Shown piece after piece: positions 47,528 to 57,842 of a DNA stretch of 64,000 bases (position 1 is its first letter; every line of letters starts with the position of its first letter). The notes beneath the pieces are model-generated. The model was not told the DNA's origin. It was given only the letters and a program-made list of their open reading frames with translations, and ran no database searches. The stretch comes from an uncultured Acidimicrobiales bacterium. GTDB taxonomy: Bacteria > Actinomycetota > Acidimicrobiia > Acidimicrobiales > UBA10347. The translations under genes and the position numbers were made by a program. Where the stretch lies: NCBI GenBank assembly GCA_963925805.1, contig CAWUSE010000004.1, positions 52,467 to 116,466 of the forward strand. Reading direction: 5' to 3'.

Positions 47528-49243
47528 ATGCAAATGGCAACACATGATCTGGTAATTCGTGGCGGCAGAGTTGTCGACGGAAGTGGTGACGAAGCACGCA
47601 CCGCCGACGTGGCGATCGATGGCCAGACCATCGTGGAGGTAGGCAAGGTTTCTGGCCAAGGAGCCAGGGAGATCGATGCGACAGGAGCGTTGGTGACACC
47701 TGGCTTCGTCGATATCCATACGCATTACGACGGACAGGCGACATGGGACAACCATCTCGCTCCGTCCTCCTGGCACGGCGTCACGACAGTCATTATGGGC
47801 AACTGCGGTGTTGGTTTCGCACCGGTCCACAACGCCGATCATGATCAGCTCATCGAGTTAATGGAAGGCGTCGAAGACATCCCCGGCGCGGCACTGCATG
47901 AGGGGCTTGCGTGGAACTGGAATAGCTTTGCCGAGTATCTCGATGCGGTAGAAGCCGTTCCACACGACATCGACTGTGGTGCCCAGGTTCCACACGGCGC
48001 CCTGCGACTCCACGTTATGGGCCAGCGTGGCGCAAACCGAGAGCCTGCTACTGCCGAAGACATTGGCGAGATGGCGCACTTGGCTCGCCAAGCCATCGAG
48101 GCTGGTGGCGTTGGCTTCACTACCTCACGAACAGCAAACCACCGCACGAGCAAGGGTGAGCTTACACCGACACTCACTGCTGAAGCCGACGAGCTGATTG
48201 GTATCGCCGAAGGCGTCGGTGCTGCAGGCCGAGGCGTGCTCCAGGTGGTCAGCGATCATCTCGATGGTGATCATGAGTTCGACATGCTGCGCAAGATGGC
48301 CGCACGTTCGGGTCGCCCTTTGTCGGTCTCGCTTGTTGCAACGCCCGTCCTGCCCGACTGGCACCGTATGGCGCTGCGCCATATCGAAGCCGCCAACGAA
48401 GCTGGTCTCCGGGTACGTGGCCAGGTTGCGCCACGGCCTGTCGGCTTGATCCTGGGTCTTGATCTCACGCTCAACCCGTTCATGAAGACGAAAGTGTGGG
48501 CCGGTATTACTGATCTATCGCTCGCCGACAAGGTGGCTGCACTTCGTAATCCAGAGACTCGAGTAGCGATCCTGGACGAAATGGGTGGCCCTCGCAGCAC
48601 ACTGCTCGGCGCCAAGCTTGTCGCCAAGTTCAACATCATGTTTGAACTCAGCGATCCACCAAATTATGAGCCGAATCTTGCCGACAGCCTGGCAGCACGC
48701 GCTGCGGCCGCTGGGACGACACCCGAGGCGTTGGCCCTCGACATCCTCCTGGCTGACGATGGCCAGGGCATGTTGTATGTGCCCTTTGCCAACTATCTCG
48801 ACGGCAGCCTCGATGTTGTCGAAGAGATGTTGAAGCACCCGCTGACGATTCCCGGGCTCGGCGACGGCGGGGCGCACGTCGGCACGATCTGCGACGGCAG
48901 TTTCTCAACCACATTGTTGACTCACTGGGGCCGAGACCGGTCCTATGGTCGGATCCCTGTTGAACAGCTCATCAAGCAGCACTGTCAGGACACGGCTGCT
49001 GCCGTGGGGCTGAGGGACCGGGGTCAGTTACTTCCCGGGCTTCGCGCCGATGTGAACGTCATTGACTTCGAGAACCTGCAGGCGCTGCGACCCGAGATCC
49101 ATCATGATCTCCCTGCTGGTGGTCGTCGGCTTTTGCAGCGGGCCACTGGCTATGTCCACACCATCTGCGCAGGCCAAGAGATCTACAACAATGGGGTTGC
49201 GACCGGAGCATTACCAGGTCGACTAATCCGCCACGCCGGCTAG
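47528..49243 (+). CDS. Amidohydrolase-superfamily N-acyl-D-amino-acid deacylase (D-aminoacylase-like)
   Basis: DLVIRGGRVVDGSG......DVAIDG..I..VG, PGFVDIHTHYD, MGNCG. ATG at 47528. Confidence 0.8.
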   Translation: MQMATHDLVIRGGRVVDGSGDEARTADVAIDGQTIVEVGKVSGQGAREIDATGALVTPGFVDIHTHYDGQATWDNHLAPSSWHGVTTVIMGNCGVGFAPVHNADHDQLIELMEGVEDIPGAALHEGLAWNWNSFAEYLDAVEAVPHDIDCGAQVPHGALRLHVMGQRGANREPATAEDIGEMAHLARQAIEAGGVGFTTSRTANHRTSKGELTPTLTAEADELIGIAEGVGAAGRGVLQVVSDHLDGDHEFDMLRKMAARSGRPLSVSLVATPVLPDWHRMALRHIEAANEAGLRVRGQVAPRPVGLILGLDLTLNPFMKTKVWAGITDLSLADKVAALRNPETRVAILDEMGGPRSTLLGAKLVAKFNIMFELSDPPNYEPNLADSLAARAAAAGTTPEALALDILLADDGQGMLYVPFANYLDGSLDVVEEMLKHPLTIPGLGDGGAHVGTICDGSFSTTLLTHWGRDRSYGRIPVEQLIKQHCQDTAAAVGLRDRGQLLPGLRADVNVIDFENLQALRPEIHHDLPAGGRRLLQRATGYVHTICAGQEIYNNGVATGALPGRLIRHAG

Positions 49244-49260
49244 CTAGAAGACTGGTCCCC

Positions 49261-50139
49261 TTGGACATCCACCTGTTCTTTAATCCAGCGGCAGCAGCGG
49301 CTACTGGGTACTCGGCCATGCGGCTTGGCGCGACGCTGGCGACCTTCGGCACGCTTGGTGCTCAGGTCGTTTTACATCGACCTGATTCGGCCGAATCGGC
49401 ACGCTCTCAGATGCACGAACTCGCTGGTGAAGCGGAACGGATCGTCGTTGTTGGCGGCGATGGCATGGTGCATCAGGCAGCGAACGCGCTCGTTGGAAGC
49501 ACGACGGTTCTCGGGATTATCTCTGCCGGGACTGGTAACGATGCCGTGAGGTCTTTGGGGCTATCGAACGACGTTGACGACGCGTGCCGGGCGGCCCTCC
49601 GAGATCCAGTGCCGATTGATCTGATCGACTCATCGGCAGGTGTCTCGGTGACTGTCGCTACAGCGGGGTTCAGCGTGTCGGTTAATGACCGTGCGAACGA
49701 AATGAAGCGAATCAAGGGCGGAGCGAAGTACACGGTTTCGTCGTTGGTCGAATTGCCGAAGCTTCGTCGATACCGGCTGACAATGACTCTTGATGGCGTC
49801 GAGCATGAGATCGAGCCCAACCTGATCGCGATTGCGAACACGCCCTACTTCGGTGGCGGTATGAAGATCGCCCCCGAGGCTCAGGTAAACGATGGTCAAC
49901 TCGATGTCGTGGTGATTGGGCCGGCACCACGGCTGGCTTTTGCGGCGGTGTTGCCCACAGTGTTCAGCGGCCGCCATACTCGGAGTCGTTATGTGACGGT
50001 GCACCGAGCGAGCAAGGTCGAACTCGCCGGGGCCGACATGGATCTACGGGCCGACGGTGAGAGTTACGGCAGCGTTCCCATGACTTTGACTGTTCGAGAG
50101 CAGGCACTTCTTGTCGCAGGCGTGACTGCTTCCTGCTAG
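49261..50139 (+). CDS. Diacylglycerol-kinase-family lipid kinase (YegS/BmrU-like)
   Basis: VVVGGDGMVHQAANAL and GIISAGTGNDAVRSLG motifs. TTG start 18 nt after the upstream stop. Confidence 0.8.
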   Translation: MDIHLFFNPAAAAATGYSAMRLGATLATFGTLGAQVVLHRPDSAESARSQMHELAGEAERIVVVGGDGMVHQAANALVGSTTVLGIISAGTGNDAVRSLGLSNDVDDACRAALRDPVPIDLIDSSAGVSVTVATAGFSVSVNDRANEMKRIKGGAKYTVSSLVELPKLRRYRLTMTLDGVEHEIEPNLIAIANTPYFGGGMKIAPEAQVNDGQLDVVVIGPAPRLAFAAVLPTVFSGRHTRSRYVTVHRASKVELAGADMDLRADGESYGSVPMTLTVREQALLVAGVTASC

Positions 50140-50366
50140 CGATTTTTCGGCGGTGGCATGAGATCTGTGCGGCACAGTCTCGACATTTTCGAAGGTCTTA
50201 CCTCGGAACTTAGACGTAGCAGGAGTGTTCGCGGGTAGGCCCGAGCGGCCTCATTGGCGAAGCCGACGAAGAGTGAAACGATCGCCGTGGAGGCAGATGT
50301 TCTCGCGATTGTCAGCACCAACCGCAGGCACACCTATGTTGTGGGCGCGTACGAGACCCACCAGGT

Positions 50367-51101
50367 TCAGGAGCTGTGTAGTGCGTTGCTAACCCGAACT
50401 GCTTTGGGGTCGATGTGATGGCCCACAGAGCTGATCCAGTCGCCGGTGTCGAATCGTTCGAAGCTCAGAATTACCCGAGCATTATTCTCGTAATCGAAGT
50501 ACGCGTAACAGCCGCTACCGAACTGGCCAGAATCGCCGATTCGTTGCATTTTCCCGGCGGTGCGGTAGTTGGCCTGACCAGACTCAGTGACTCGATAGCT
50601 GGTCCCTTCGAACATGATCACGTCGGGTCCTGGTTCAACATCCAACTGGCGAGGTTCGAACGCGGCCAGCTTCATGCCACGGTCAGGCTCTACACCGAAG
50701 CGCCACCATTGGCCAGCGGCGTGTTCGGCTAGGTAGTCCTGCCACAAGACACCATCGTGCTCAAAGCTGATGACGCCGAAGATTACGCTGTCGGTTCCCT
50801 GGTAGGAAAGCGTCGTGCCAACGCCAAGATTGCCGGGGTAGAAGTTCGCAAGCGACACTGTCTCTGTCGCCTTCGCTTCCTTCTCGACGATCAGATCCTC
50901 GAGCGTGGTCTGGACGACTGGTTGAGGGGCTATGTCGCCAAGTGGTCCTATCGACGCAGTGAGCGAAGCGGCCTGCTGCGCGGCTTGGAGCTCTTGGGGC
51001 AGCGTGAATCCAACGACCTCGTCTTTGCGGTTCGCGATCAACAAGGTCGTAATGATGCCGAGCAAAAGCGTTGCGGCCAGCAGGCCGAGGAACACGGTCA
51101 C
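50367..51101 (-). CDS. Membrane-anchored DUF4178-like protein
   Basis: N-terminal TM helix, then a region with W.DYL.E....QWWRFGVE.D and a second beta-rich half, as I recall for DUF4178. GGAGA upstream of the GTG start. Confidence 0.5.
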   Translation of the reverse strand: MTVFLGLLAATLLLGIITTLLIANRKDEVVGFTLPQELQAAQQAASLTASIGPLGDIAPQPVVQTTLEDLIVEKEAKATETVSLANFYPGNLGVGTTLSYQGTDSVIFGVISFEHDGVLWQDYLAEHAAGQWWRFGVEPDRGMKLAAFEPRQLDVEPGPDVIMFEGTSYRVTESGQANYRTAGKMQRIGDSGQFGSGCYAYFDYENNARVILSFERFDTGDWISSVGHHIDPKAVRVSNALHSS

Positions 51102-51450
51102 GAAGTCTCCATTGAACTATCGAACCCTTACATCATGCCCAGTGATGGAGGGGCCGCCTACCTCATATGTCATATGGAATATCTTGTTGGGTGAGGGTGT
51201 CATGGGAAGCACTGCACTGGTGGGTGTAGACGTTATGGCTGCCGCTCATGATCTGTGAGACGACACGGGCGAGGATCGGGCCGTCACCCTGGCGCTGTCG
51301 TTGCCAATAGTTAACCAACTCGCTTATGGCCTAGCCCGGGCTGCCCTTGCGCCGGCTCAAGCCCCTGCTAGTTGACTGAACGGGCCCTTCAGCGAAACGT
51401 TGTTCAGTGTCGTGATAATCGTGATGGCTCTGTGCGTCCACAGAGCGGTG

Positions 51451-52734
51451 CTAATCCCAAGCGAGGTGCAGGGTGGTCGGGCCTCGGAAGGTGACGTTTG
51501 GAGAGTAGGACTCACTCTGGTCTTCGACCAGCCGTAACGAAGGGATCCGGTCAGCGAGTATCTCGGTCATGACCTGGGTTTCGAACTTTGCGAACCGGGC
51601 GCCAAGGCAGTAGTGGACACCCTTACCGAACGAAATATTCTGAGCAGCATTAGGGCGGTGAATGTCGAACTCGTTGGGGTTCTCGAAGATGTCAGCCTGT
51701 CGATTCGCCGACGCAAAATTCATGAAGATGGCCGTGCCGGCTGGGACGTCATACCCGCCAACGGTGGTGTCAACTGTGGTTAGGCGTCGCCACGAGATCT
51801 GGCTTGAGTTGAAGCGCATGACCTCTTCGACCGCGTTCGGGATCAGCGTCGGATCGGCACATATTTCGGTCCAGACATCGCGCCGGGGGAGGAGGCACTG
51901 CAACGTGTTGCAGATAGCTGACGTCACCGCTTCGTGGCCAGCGAACGACAACCCGTAGACCACCGACTCGACTTCACGGTAGGTGATGTCATCGGGATTC
52001 TCTTCGTGGGCAGTGATTAGCTCACTGGTGAAGTCATCGCCCCGATTGGCCTGTTTCGATGCGGTGAACTCTCGGCAATATCGCCAGTAGGCAAGCATCT
52101 GTTCGGCGATCTCGGTCTGCTGGGCGCCCGTCGGGCGTCCCCAAGAGAATGCCTTGCGGTCCCCACACCATTGCTTCAGCAGTTCGTCATCAGCTTCGGG
52201 GAAGCCGATGAAGCGGAACACGGTTTCGCCCGGCAGCGGGAATGCGAATGCGTCTACGAATTCGGCCGAAGAACCAGCCGCCAACATCGCATCGATGAGT
52301 TGGTTGCCACGGCGGCGCATAAACGGCTCGAGCGTCTTGATGCGCTTGTTCGAGAAACCTTGGCGCGTGTATTTGCGGATACGTCCATGGTCCGGCTCGG
52401 GTCGATTTGACATGACAGCAACGGGGTTGAAGTCCTCGGCACTGAGCACCTGTTGTGCTTCGGGCGCCAGCGGAAATACGGGGTCCTGCACGTTCACCGA
52501 GGCGAAAGTTTCGTGATCGTTGAAGATGCGTTCGATTTCTTCCATTTCGGTGACAACGAGATAGTTGAGTTCTTCGGCGTAGAACACCGGGTGAGCGTCG
52601 CGCAAGTGACTCGCGATTGCATATGGCTCAGCCAGATAGTCCTCGTTCAACGGACTCCAACTGGCGTGCATTGGACAGCCCACAGGCGGTGGGGGAGTTT
52701 CGAGTCGTTCCTGATGGTATTTATCGCCAGCCAT
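51451..52734 (-). CDS. Cytochrome P450 monooxygenase
   Basis: Heme-thiolate loop FGKGVHYCLGARFA, EXXR (EEVMR), and I-helix AGHEAVTS. Starts 9 nt after the hpaI stop (AGGAAAG RBS). Confidence 0.9.
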   Translation of the reverse strand: MAGDKYHQERLETPPPPVGCPMHASWSPLNEDYLAEPYAIASHLRDAHPVFYAEELNYLVVTEMEEIERIFNDHETFASVNVQDPVFPLAPEAQQVLSAEDFNPVAVMSNRPEPDHGRIRKYTRQGFSNKRIKTLEPFMRRRGNQLIDAMLAAGSSAEFVDAFAFPLPGETVFRFIGFPEADDELLKQWCGDRKAFSWGRPTGAQQTEIAEQMLAYWRYCREFTASKQANRGDDFTSELITAHEENPDDITYREVESVVYGLSFAGHEAVTSAICNTLQCLLPRRDVWTEICADPTLIPNAVEEVMRFNSSQISWRRLTTVDTTVGGYDVPAGTAIFMNFASANRQADIFENPNEFDIHRPNAAQNISFGKGVHYCLGARFAKFETQVMTEILADRIPSLRLVEDQSESYSPNVTFRGPTTLHLAWD

Positions 52735-52743
52735 AGGTCTTTC

Positions 52744-53511
52744 CTAATTGTTCTTGAACGAATCGGCAAGTGCTTTGGTGTGTTTCGCCAGCATGCTGGT
52801 GTCGACCCCGACTGCGACGAAGTTGGCGCCAGCATCGCGGTATTCGCGAGCAAGGGTGGGGTTCACGCTGAGCACGCCTGCCGGCTTGCCAGCTGCTCGT
52901 ACTGCTGTGATTGAGGCAACGACCGCTTCCCGGACGTCGGGGTGTGTTGCATCGCCGATGTGGCCAAGAGCAGCGCCGAGGTCTGATGGCCCGATGAACA
53001 CGCCGTCCACGCCATCGACGCGTGCTATGTCCATGAGGTTCTTCACGCCCTTGATCGTTTCGACCTGGACGAGCACGCACATCTCATCGTTGGCCTGGCG
53101 GTAGTAATCGTCGATGCGTCCCCAGCGTGCGGCCCGAGCGCTGGCTACGCCTCGGATTCCTTGCGGGGGATATAGCACCGCTCGAACCATCTCTTCGGCC
53201 TGCTCGGCGGTGTCGATCATTGGTACCAGGATTGTTTGTGCCCCTAGGTCGAGGTACTGCTTAATGATCACAGCATCGGCTCGTGGCGGTCGAATCACGG
53301 CGCTCACGGGGTAGCCATTGACCGCCTGCAGTTGGGCCAACAAGGTACGTAAATCGTTAGGGGAGTGTTCGGCGTCGATCATCAGCCAGTCGAAACCAGC
53401 GCCGGCGCTGATCTCGGCTGCGACCGGGTCGGCGAGGCTGATCCACATGCCGTATTGAACGCCGGGCTCCACTAGTCGTCGCTTAAATTGATTCACTGGT
53501 ATGTCGGACAT
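52744..53511 (-). CDS. hpaI: HpcH/HpaI-family class II aldolase (2,4-dihydroxyhept-2-ene-1,7-dioate aldolase)
   Basis: G.W.....P...E.....GFDWLMIDAEHSPND and VR......IKQ.LD.GA.T.LVPM motifs, plus the hpa gene context. Confidence 0.8.
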   Translation of the reverse strand: MSDIPVNQFKRRLVEPGVQYGMWISLADPVAAEISAGAGFDWLMIDAEHSPNDLRTLLAQLQAVNGYPVSAVIRPPRADAVIIKQYLDLGAQTILVPMIDTAEQAEEMVRAVLYPPQGIRGVASARAARWGRIDDYYRQANDEMCVLVQVETIKGVKNLMDIARVDGVDGVFIGPSDLGAALGHIGDATHPDVREAVVASITAVRAAGKPAGVLSVNPTLAREYRDAGANFVAVGVDTSMLAKHTKALADSFKNN

Positions 53512-54314
53512 CAGGTGAACTCCAGACCGAAGGCACCCATTGGGCCGTAGTCAAAGTGGAAGTCGTCGCCCGGCCGAATATCGATCGGACGGGTAAACGA
53601 GCCGGCCAGTATGACCTGGCCTTTCTCGAGCGTGAGTCCTTGCTCGTGGTATCGGCGGGCGAGCCAGGCGATACCCCTGGCAGGATGTCCGAGCACGCCA
53701 GCAGCAACTCCTGTCTCTTCGATGACGCCATTGCGGCTGCCCAGTGCGCTGACCCAGCGCAGGTCGATATCGCGAGGAGCGACTTGGTCGAGGCCCATGA
53801 TGATGCCTGCGTTAGCCGCGTTATCAGCGATGGTGTCGACAACGGTGCGCGTGCGCCCACTGTCGGGATCGCGTCGATAGGAACGAGCTGCGATTAGCTC
53901 GATGGCGGGCACGACGTACTGGGTAGCGTCCAGGATGTCGTCAACGGATAGGTCGGCGCCACTGAGGTCATTTGCGAGAACGAAGGCTAATTCGACCTCG
54001 AGCTTCGGGTCGCAGAAGCCGGCCGCGGTCAGTTGGGTGTCGGGGCCAAACACCATCTTGTCGGTCAGGAAGCCAGAGTCTGGGGTGGTGATATTCATGG
54101 AGGCTTGCATCGCTCGGCTCGTAAGTCCGATCTTGTGGCCAATGAGTGCTTCACCCCGGGCGAGCTTAATTTCTTGCCAAGCAGCTTGGATGACGTACGC
54201 GTCATCGATAGTTAGGTCGGGATATTCGCCGGTCGTTTGGCGCATTTGCGTGGCGTCGATCTCGGCCTGGTCGAGCAGCGCGGCTTCGGCAGCGGCGGCT
54301 TCAGGACTGATCAT
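53511..54314 (-). CDS. hpaH: 2-oxo-hept-4-ene-1,7-dioate hydratase (2-keto-4-pentenoate hydratase family)
   Basis: Y.IQ......K...G....GHKIGLTS.AMQ, E.E.AFVL, and C-terminal G..ILAGSFT. 1-nt overlap with hpaI. Confidence 0.8.
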   Translation of the reverse strand: MISPEAAAAEAALLDQAEIDATQMRQTTGEYPDLTIDDAYVIQAAWQEIKLARGEALIGHKIGLTSRAMQASMNITTPDSGFLTDKMVFGPDTQLTAAGFCDPKLEVELAFVLANDLSGADLSVDDILDATQYVVPAIELIAARSYRRDPDSGRTRTVVDTIADNAANAGIIMGLDQVAPRDIDLRWVSALGSRNGVIEETGVAAGVLGHPARGIAWLARRYHEQGLTLEKGQVILAGSFTRPIDIRPGDDFHFDYGPMGAFGLEFT

Positions 54315-54829
54315 TGGTTGTCTCCTAATGGCCTGAGGCCTGGTGCCTGCACAATACGGTTGGTCTTGTCACGCAGGTCGGCGAGTTGACGCAGTAATCG
54401 CTGTAGCGCCTTGTCGCCGAATGCTTCTTCGATTTGGTTGTAAATCGCTTCGCTCTCGGGAGCCACCAAGGCCACCAAGTCATGTCCAGTGATCGTGAGC
54501 GATATCTCGGCTCGGCGTTGGTCGGTTGCGACGAGGGATCGGCGCACGAGTTGGCGTCCTTCAAGGTCTCGCAGGATCCGAGACAAGCTCGGCGCAAGTA
54601 GGAAGGTCGCGTCGACGATGGCCCCGACCTCGATTGGTTCGGGAGTAGCGGAGAGGGCTCGCAACACTCGCCACTGTTGTTCGGTCAGATCGTGCTCGGC
54701 GAGCAGCGGACGGAAGAGCTGCATTGCAGCCTCTCGAGTTTGCAGCAGCACCATGGGTAACGACGCCGAGAAGTCCCGCATGGCGATTAGCCCGTCGCCG
54801 TCGATCCTGGCCTCGGCCGAAGATGTCAT
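54311..54829 (-). CDS. hpaR: MarR-family regulator (HpaR-like)
   Basis: Winged-HTH: LTEQQWRVLRALS......VGAIVDATFLLAPSLSRILRDLEGRQLVRR. 4-nt overlaps with both neighbours. Confidence 0.75.
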   Translation of the reverse strand: MTSSAEARIDGDGLIAMRDFSASLPMVLLQTREAAMQLFRPLLAEHDLTEQQWRVLRALSATPEPIEVGAIVDATFLLAPSLSRILRDLEGRQLVRRSLVATDQRRAEISLTITGHDLVALVAPESEAIYNQIEEAFGDKALQRLLRQLADLRDKTNRIVQAPGLRPLGDNQ

Positions 54830-55731
54830 TGTGGTTCGGGGATCTGGAAGTCGGTTCCCTCGGGGAACGCGTCAGCGACCGTGTTGCGTAACACGCCAAG
54901 TTCAGGAACAGCGACCTCAACCACATCCCCAGGAACAAGCCATTTTGGCGGATCGAACCGGGCGCCAGCGCCAGTAGGGGTGCCTGAGAAGATGATGTCG
55001 CCGGGCCGCAGTCGCGTGAAGGTCGATAGATAGTGAATTTGGTAGTCGATCGAGTACTTCATGGTCGCTGGGGTGTCATCTTGGCGTAATTCGCCATTGA
55101 CGTGAGTCGTCAGGTGCAGGTCTTCGAAGTCGCCGATCTCATCGATCGAGACCAGGTGCGGACCGATCGACCCGGTCGATTCCCAGTTCTTTCCCTGGGT
55201 CACGTTGAACTTGGCGTGACGGACCCAATCACGAATCGTGCCCTCATTGCCCAGTGACAGTCCTGCGATATGGCTGCGGGCTTCGCTGACCGGGATGCGC
55301 CGACCGGGCTTACCGATTATGACGACGATCTCACCCTCGTAGTCGAGTTGCGGGCTTTCAGGCGGGCGAATGACATCGCGTTCATGGCCGGTGAACGAAT
55401 CAGGAAAGCGCACAAAGACCGAAGGCCAGGCGGCGTCGCTCTTGTCCTCGTACTCGGCGCTGCGGCCGCCGTAGTTCACGCCGATGCAAAAGATCTTCTG
55501 CGGCCAGGGGAGCAGTCGTTCGTAGGTGATGTCGGTCACGGCATGGTCGGCTGGCTCATCGGCGAACTCGCGTGCTTCTTCGATGCGCATATGGCCTACG
55601 AGTTGACCCAGGTCGCTGATGCCCTTGATGCGCTGCGACCCAGCGCTGCCAAGTTCGATCACGCCTTGGCCGTCGGCGGTGAGCATGCCGAAACCGGGTG
55701 CATTGCCGGCCGTATACGAAACGAACCTCAT
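54826..55731 (-). CDS. Fumarylacetoacetate-hydrolase-family enzyme (HpaG-like OPET decarboxylase/HHDD isomerase), single FAH domain
   Basis: FAH motifs KIFCIGVNY, LDYEGEIVVIIG, NEGTIRDW, GDIIFSGTPTG. Confidence 0.8.
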   Translation of the reverse strand: MRFVSYTAGNAPGFGMLTADGQGVIELGSAGSQRIKGISDLGQLVGHMRIEEAREFADEPADHAVTDITYERLLPWPQKIFCIGVNYGGRSAEYEDKSDAAWPSVFVRFPDSFTGHERDVIRPPESPQLDYEGEIVVIIGKPGRRIPVSEARSHIAGLSLGNEGTIRDWVRHAKFNVTQGKNWESTGSIGPHLVSIDEIGDFEDLHLTTHVNGELRQDDTPATMKYSIDYQIHYLSTFTRLRPGDIIFSGTPTGAGARFDPPKWLVPGDVVEVAVPELGVLRNTVADAFPEGTDFQIPEPQ

Positions 55732-55844
55732 GCGGCCATTTTGGTAATCGCGGCTTCTGTTCGTTCAGGCCGTTCTGTGGATGCGACTTGCTGTTGCATG
55801 ATGGACACCACTTCTAAAGATTCCGTTGCGTTGAGATAGTACAC

Positions 55845-55855
55845 ATGTTAAACAT
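55845..55855. promoter_or_regulatory. Palindrome in the AT-rich hpaG / hpaF divergent control region; candidate MarR/HpaR operator
   Basis: ATGTT-A-AACAT lies within the lowest-GC part (about 55810-55860) of the 172-bp intergenic region. Confidence 0.3.
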
Positions 55856-55903
55856 CTAGGGCAAGGGGAAGTTCCCACCTGCCAAACACGATTGCGAGAA
55901 GCC

Positions 55904-56308
55904 GTGCCGCACATCACGATTGAGTACTCAGCCAATGTTGCTGAGCACCACGACATTGATGCGCTGGTGGAGACTGTCCACACAGCGGCGCTCAGTCACG
56001 GGTTGCCACCCGTCGATGCATTGCGCACCAGGGCAGCGGTGCGCGTTCACTATCTGATTGCTGACGGATCTGAACCGGAAACGTTTGCGTTTATCGCTAT
56101 TGCTGTTCGCATCGGTCCCGGTCGCGACGCGACCTCTAAATCGACCTTCATCGAGATGGTGCTCGACGCCGCTGAGGCGTTCATCGGCGGCGTTTGCTGT
56201 CCACTGTCGATCGCATGGTCGATTGAACTCAATGAGATCGACCCCGAGTTTCGGATCAACCGCAATTACGTCCGTCGTCATCTGAATTCGCTGAAAGAAG
56301 ACACGTAA
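55904..56308 (+). CDS. hpaF: 5-carboxymethyl-2-hydroxymuconate isomerase (tautomerase superfamily)
   Basis: A GTG start gives M-PHITIEYSANV..., i.e. the catalytic Pro-1 typical of CHMI/tautomerases. About 134 aa. Confidence 0.8.
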   Translation: MPHITIEYSANVAEHHDIDALVETVHTAALSHGLPPVDALRTRAAVRVHYLIADGSEPETFAFIAIAVRIGPGRDATSKSTFIEMVLDAAEAFIGGVCCPLSIAWSIELNEIDPEFRINRNYVRRHLNSLKEDT

Positions 56309-57834
56309 TGGCTAATGCCACAACATACGAAGACAATCTGGCTGCAGCCACTGGTTATCTCGCCCGTTTCGCCAATGCGCCGCTACCCCACCTCATCGGG
56401 GGAGAGGCGATGCTGTCAGTGTCGGGTGAGACGTTCGCGAACCAGTCGCCAATCGACGGCCGTCATCTCGGTGATGTTTCGTCGGGCGACGCAGCCGACA
56501 TCGATGCGGCCGCCAAAGCCGCGGTGCGGGGATTTGGCGTGTGGAGCGCCATGTCCGGCGCCGAACGCAAGGTTATCTTGCACAAGGTCGCTGACCTGAT
56601 CGAAGAGAAGGCACACCAGATCGCGGTCACCGAATGCATCGATACTGGTCAGACGATGCGCTTCATGGGTCACGCCGCATTACGAGGCGCTGCGAACTTC
56701 CGCTTCTTTGCGGACCAGGCTCCAGCCGCCAATGATGGCCAGTCACTGCCAACTGCTGACCATGTGAACTACACGACTCGAGATCCAATCGGTCCGGTCG
56801 GGGTCATCACGCCATGGAACACCCCGTTTATGCTCAGCACGTGGAAGATTGCGCCGGCACTAGCTGCCGGATGCAGCGTTGTGCACAAGCCAGCGGAGTG
56901 GAGCCCGTTCACGGCGCACTTGCTGGCCGAGATAGCGCTCGAAGCTGGCCTGCCGCCAGGTGTTCTGAATGTCGTGCACGGTATGGGCGAGACCGCAGGC
57001 AAGAGCCTGACCGAACACCCCGACATTAAGGCCATCGCTTTCGTCGGTGAGTCATCGACCGGTTCGATGATTCAAGCACAAGGTGCGTCAACTCTGAAGC
57101 GAGTCCACTTCGAACTGGGTGGGAAGAACCCAGTCATCGTGTTCGACGATGCCGACATTGAACGTGCACTTGATGCGGTGATCTTCATGATCTACAGCCT
57201 GAACGGCGAGCGCTGTACGAGTTCGAGCCGGGTGTTGATCCAGTCGTCGATCTACGACGAGTTCACCGAGCGCCTGGCCGAGAAGATGAAGGGTGTGCCG
57301 GTTGGTCATCCACTTGATCCGTCATCGGTTATTGGCCCTCTCATCCATCCTCGCCATCATGAAAAGGTCTGCAGTTATCAGGACATCGCCAAGGAAGAAG
57401 GCGCAACAGTCATCTATGGAAACACTTGGGCTGATGCTCCCGAAGGCGGTAACTGGGTCACGCCGGTTTTGTATACCGGCGCCACCAACGAGATGCGCAT
57501 TGCACAAGAAGAGATTTTTGGCCCAGCACTCACGGCGATCCCGTTCGAGGACGAGGCCGATGCAATCAAGATTGCAAACGACGTCGAGTACGGGCTCGCC
57601 GGCTATTTGTGGACTCGTGACGTTGGTCGGGCTCATCGGGTTGCGCATGCGCTTGAGGCTGGCATGATCTGGGTTAATTCCCAGAACGTGCGTCACCTTC
57701 CAACGCCGTTTGGTGGCACCAAGTCCAGCGGGATCGGGCGTGACGGTGGCGACTGGAGCTTCGAGTTCTATATGGAGACTAAGAACATCGCCATTGCGTT
57801 CGACACTCACGCCGTGCCGAAACTGGGCGGCTGA
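56308..57834 (+). CDS. hpaE: 5-carboxymethyl-2-hydroxymuconate semialdehyde dehydrogenase (ALDH superfamily)
   Basis: ITPWNTPF, ELGGKNP, catalytic Cys NGERCTSSSR, EEIFGP. Its ATG overlaps the hpaF stop. Confidence 0.8.
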   Translation: MANATTYEDNLAAATGYLARFANAPLPHLIGGEAMLSVSGETFANQSPIDGRHLGDVSSGDAADIDAAAKAAVRGFGVWSAMSGAERKVILHKVADLIEEKAHQIAVTECIDTGQTMRFMGHAALRGAANFRFFADQAPAANDGQSLPTADHVNYTTRDPIGPVGVITPWNTPFMLSTWKIAPALAAGCSVVHKPAEWSPFTAHLLAEIALEAGLPPGVLNVVHGMGETAGKSLTEHPDIKAIAFVGESSTGSMIQAQGASTLKRVHFELGGKNPVIVFDDADIERALDAVIFMIYSLNGERCTSSSRVLIQSSIYDEFTERLAEKMKGVPVGHPLDPSSVIGPLIHPRHHEKVCSYQDIAKEEGATVIYGNTWADAPEGGNWVTPVLYTGATNEMRIAQEEIFGPALTAIPFEDEADAIKIANDVEYGLAGYLWTRDVGRAHRVAHALEAGMIWVNSQNVRHLPTPFGGTKSSGIGRDGGDWSFEFYMETKNIAIAFDTHAVPKLGG

Positions 57835-57842
57835 GGTTCACG

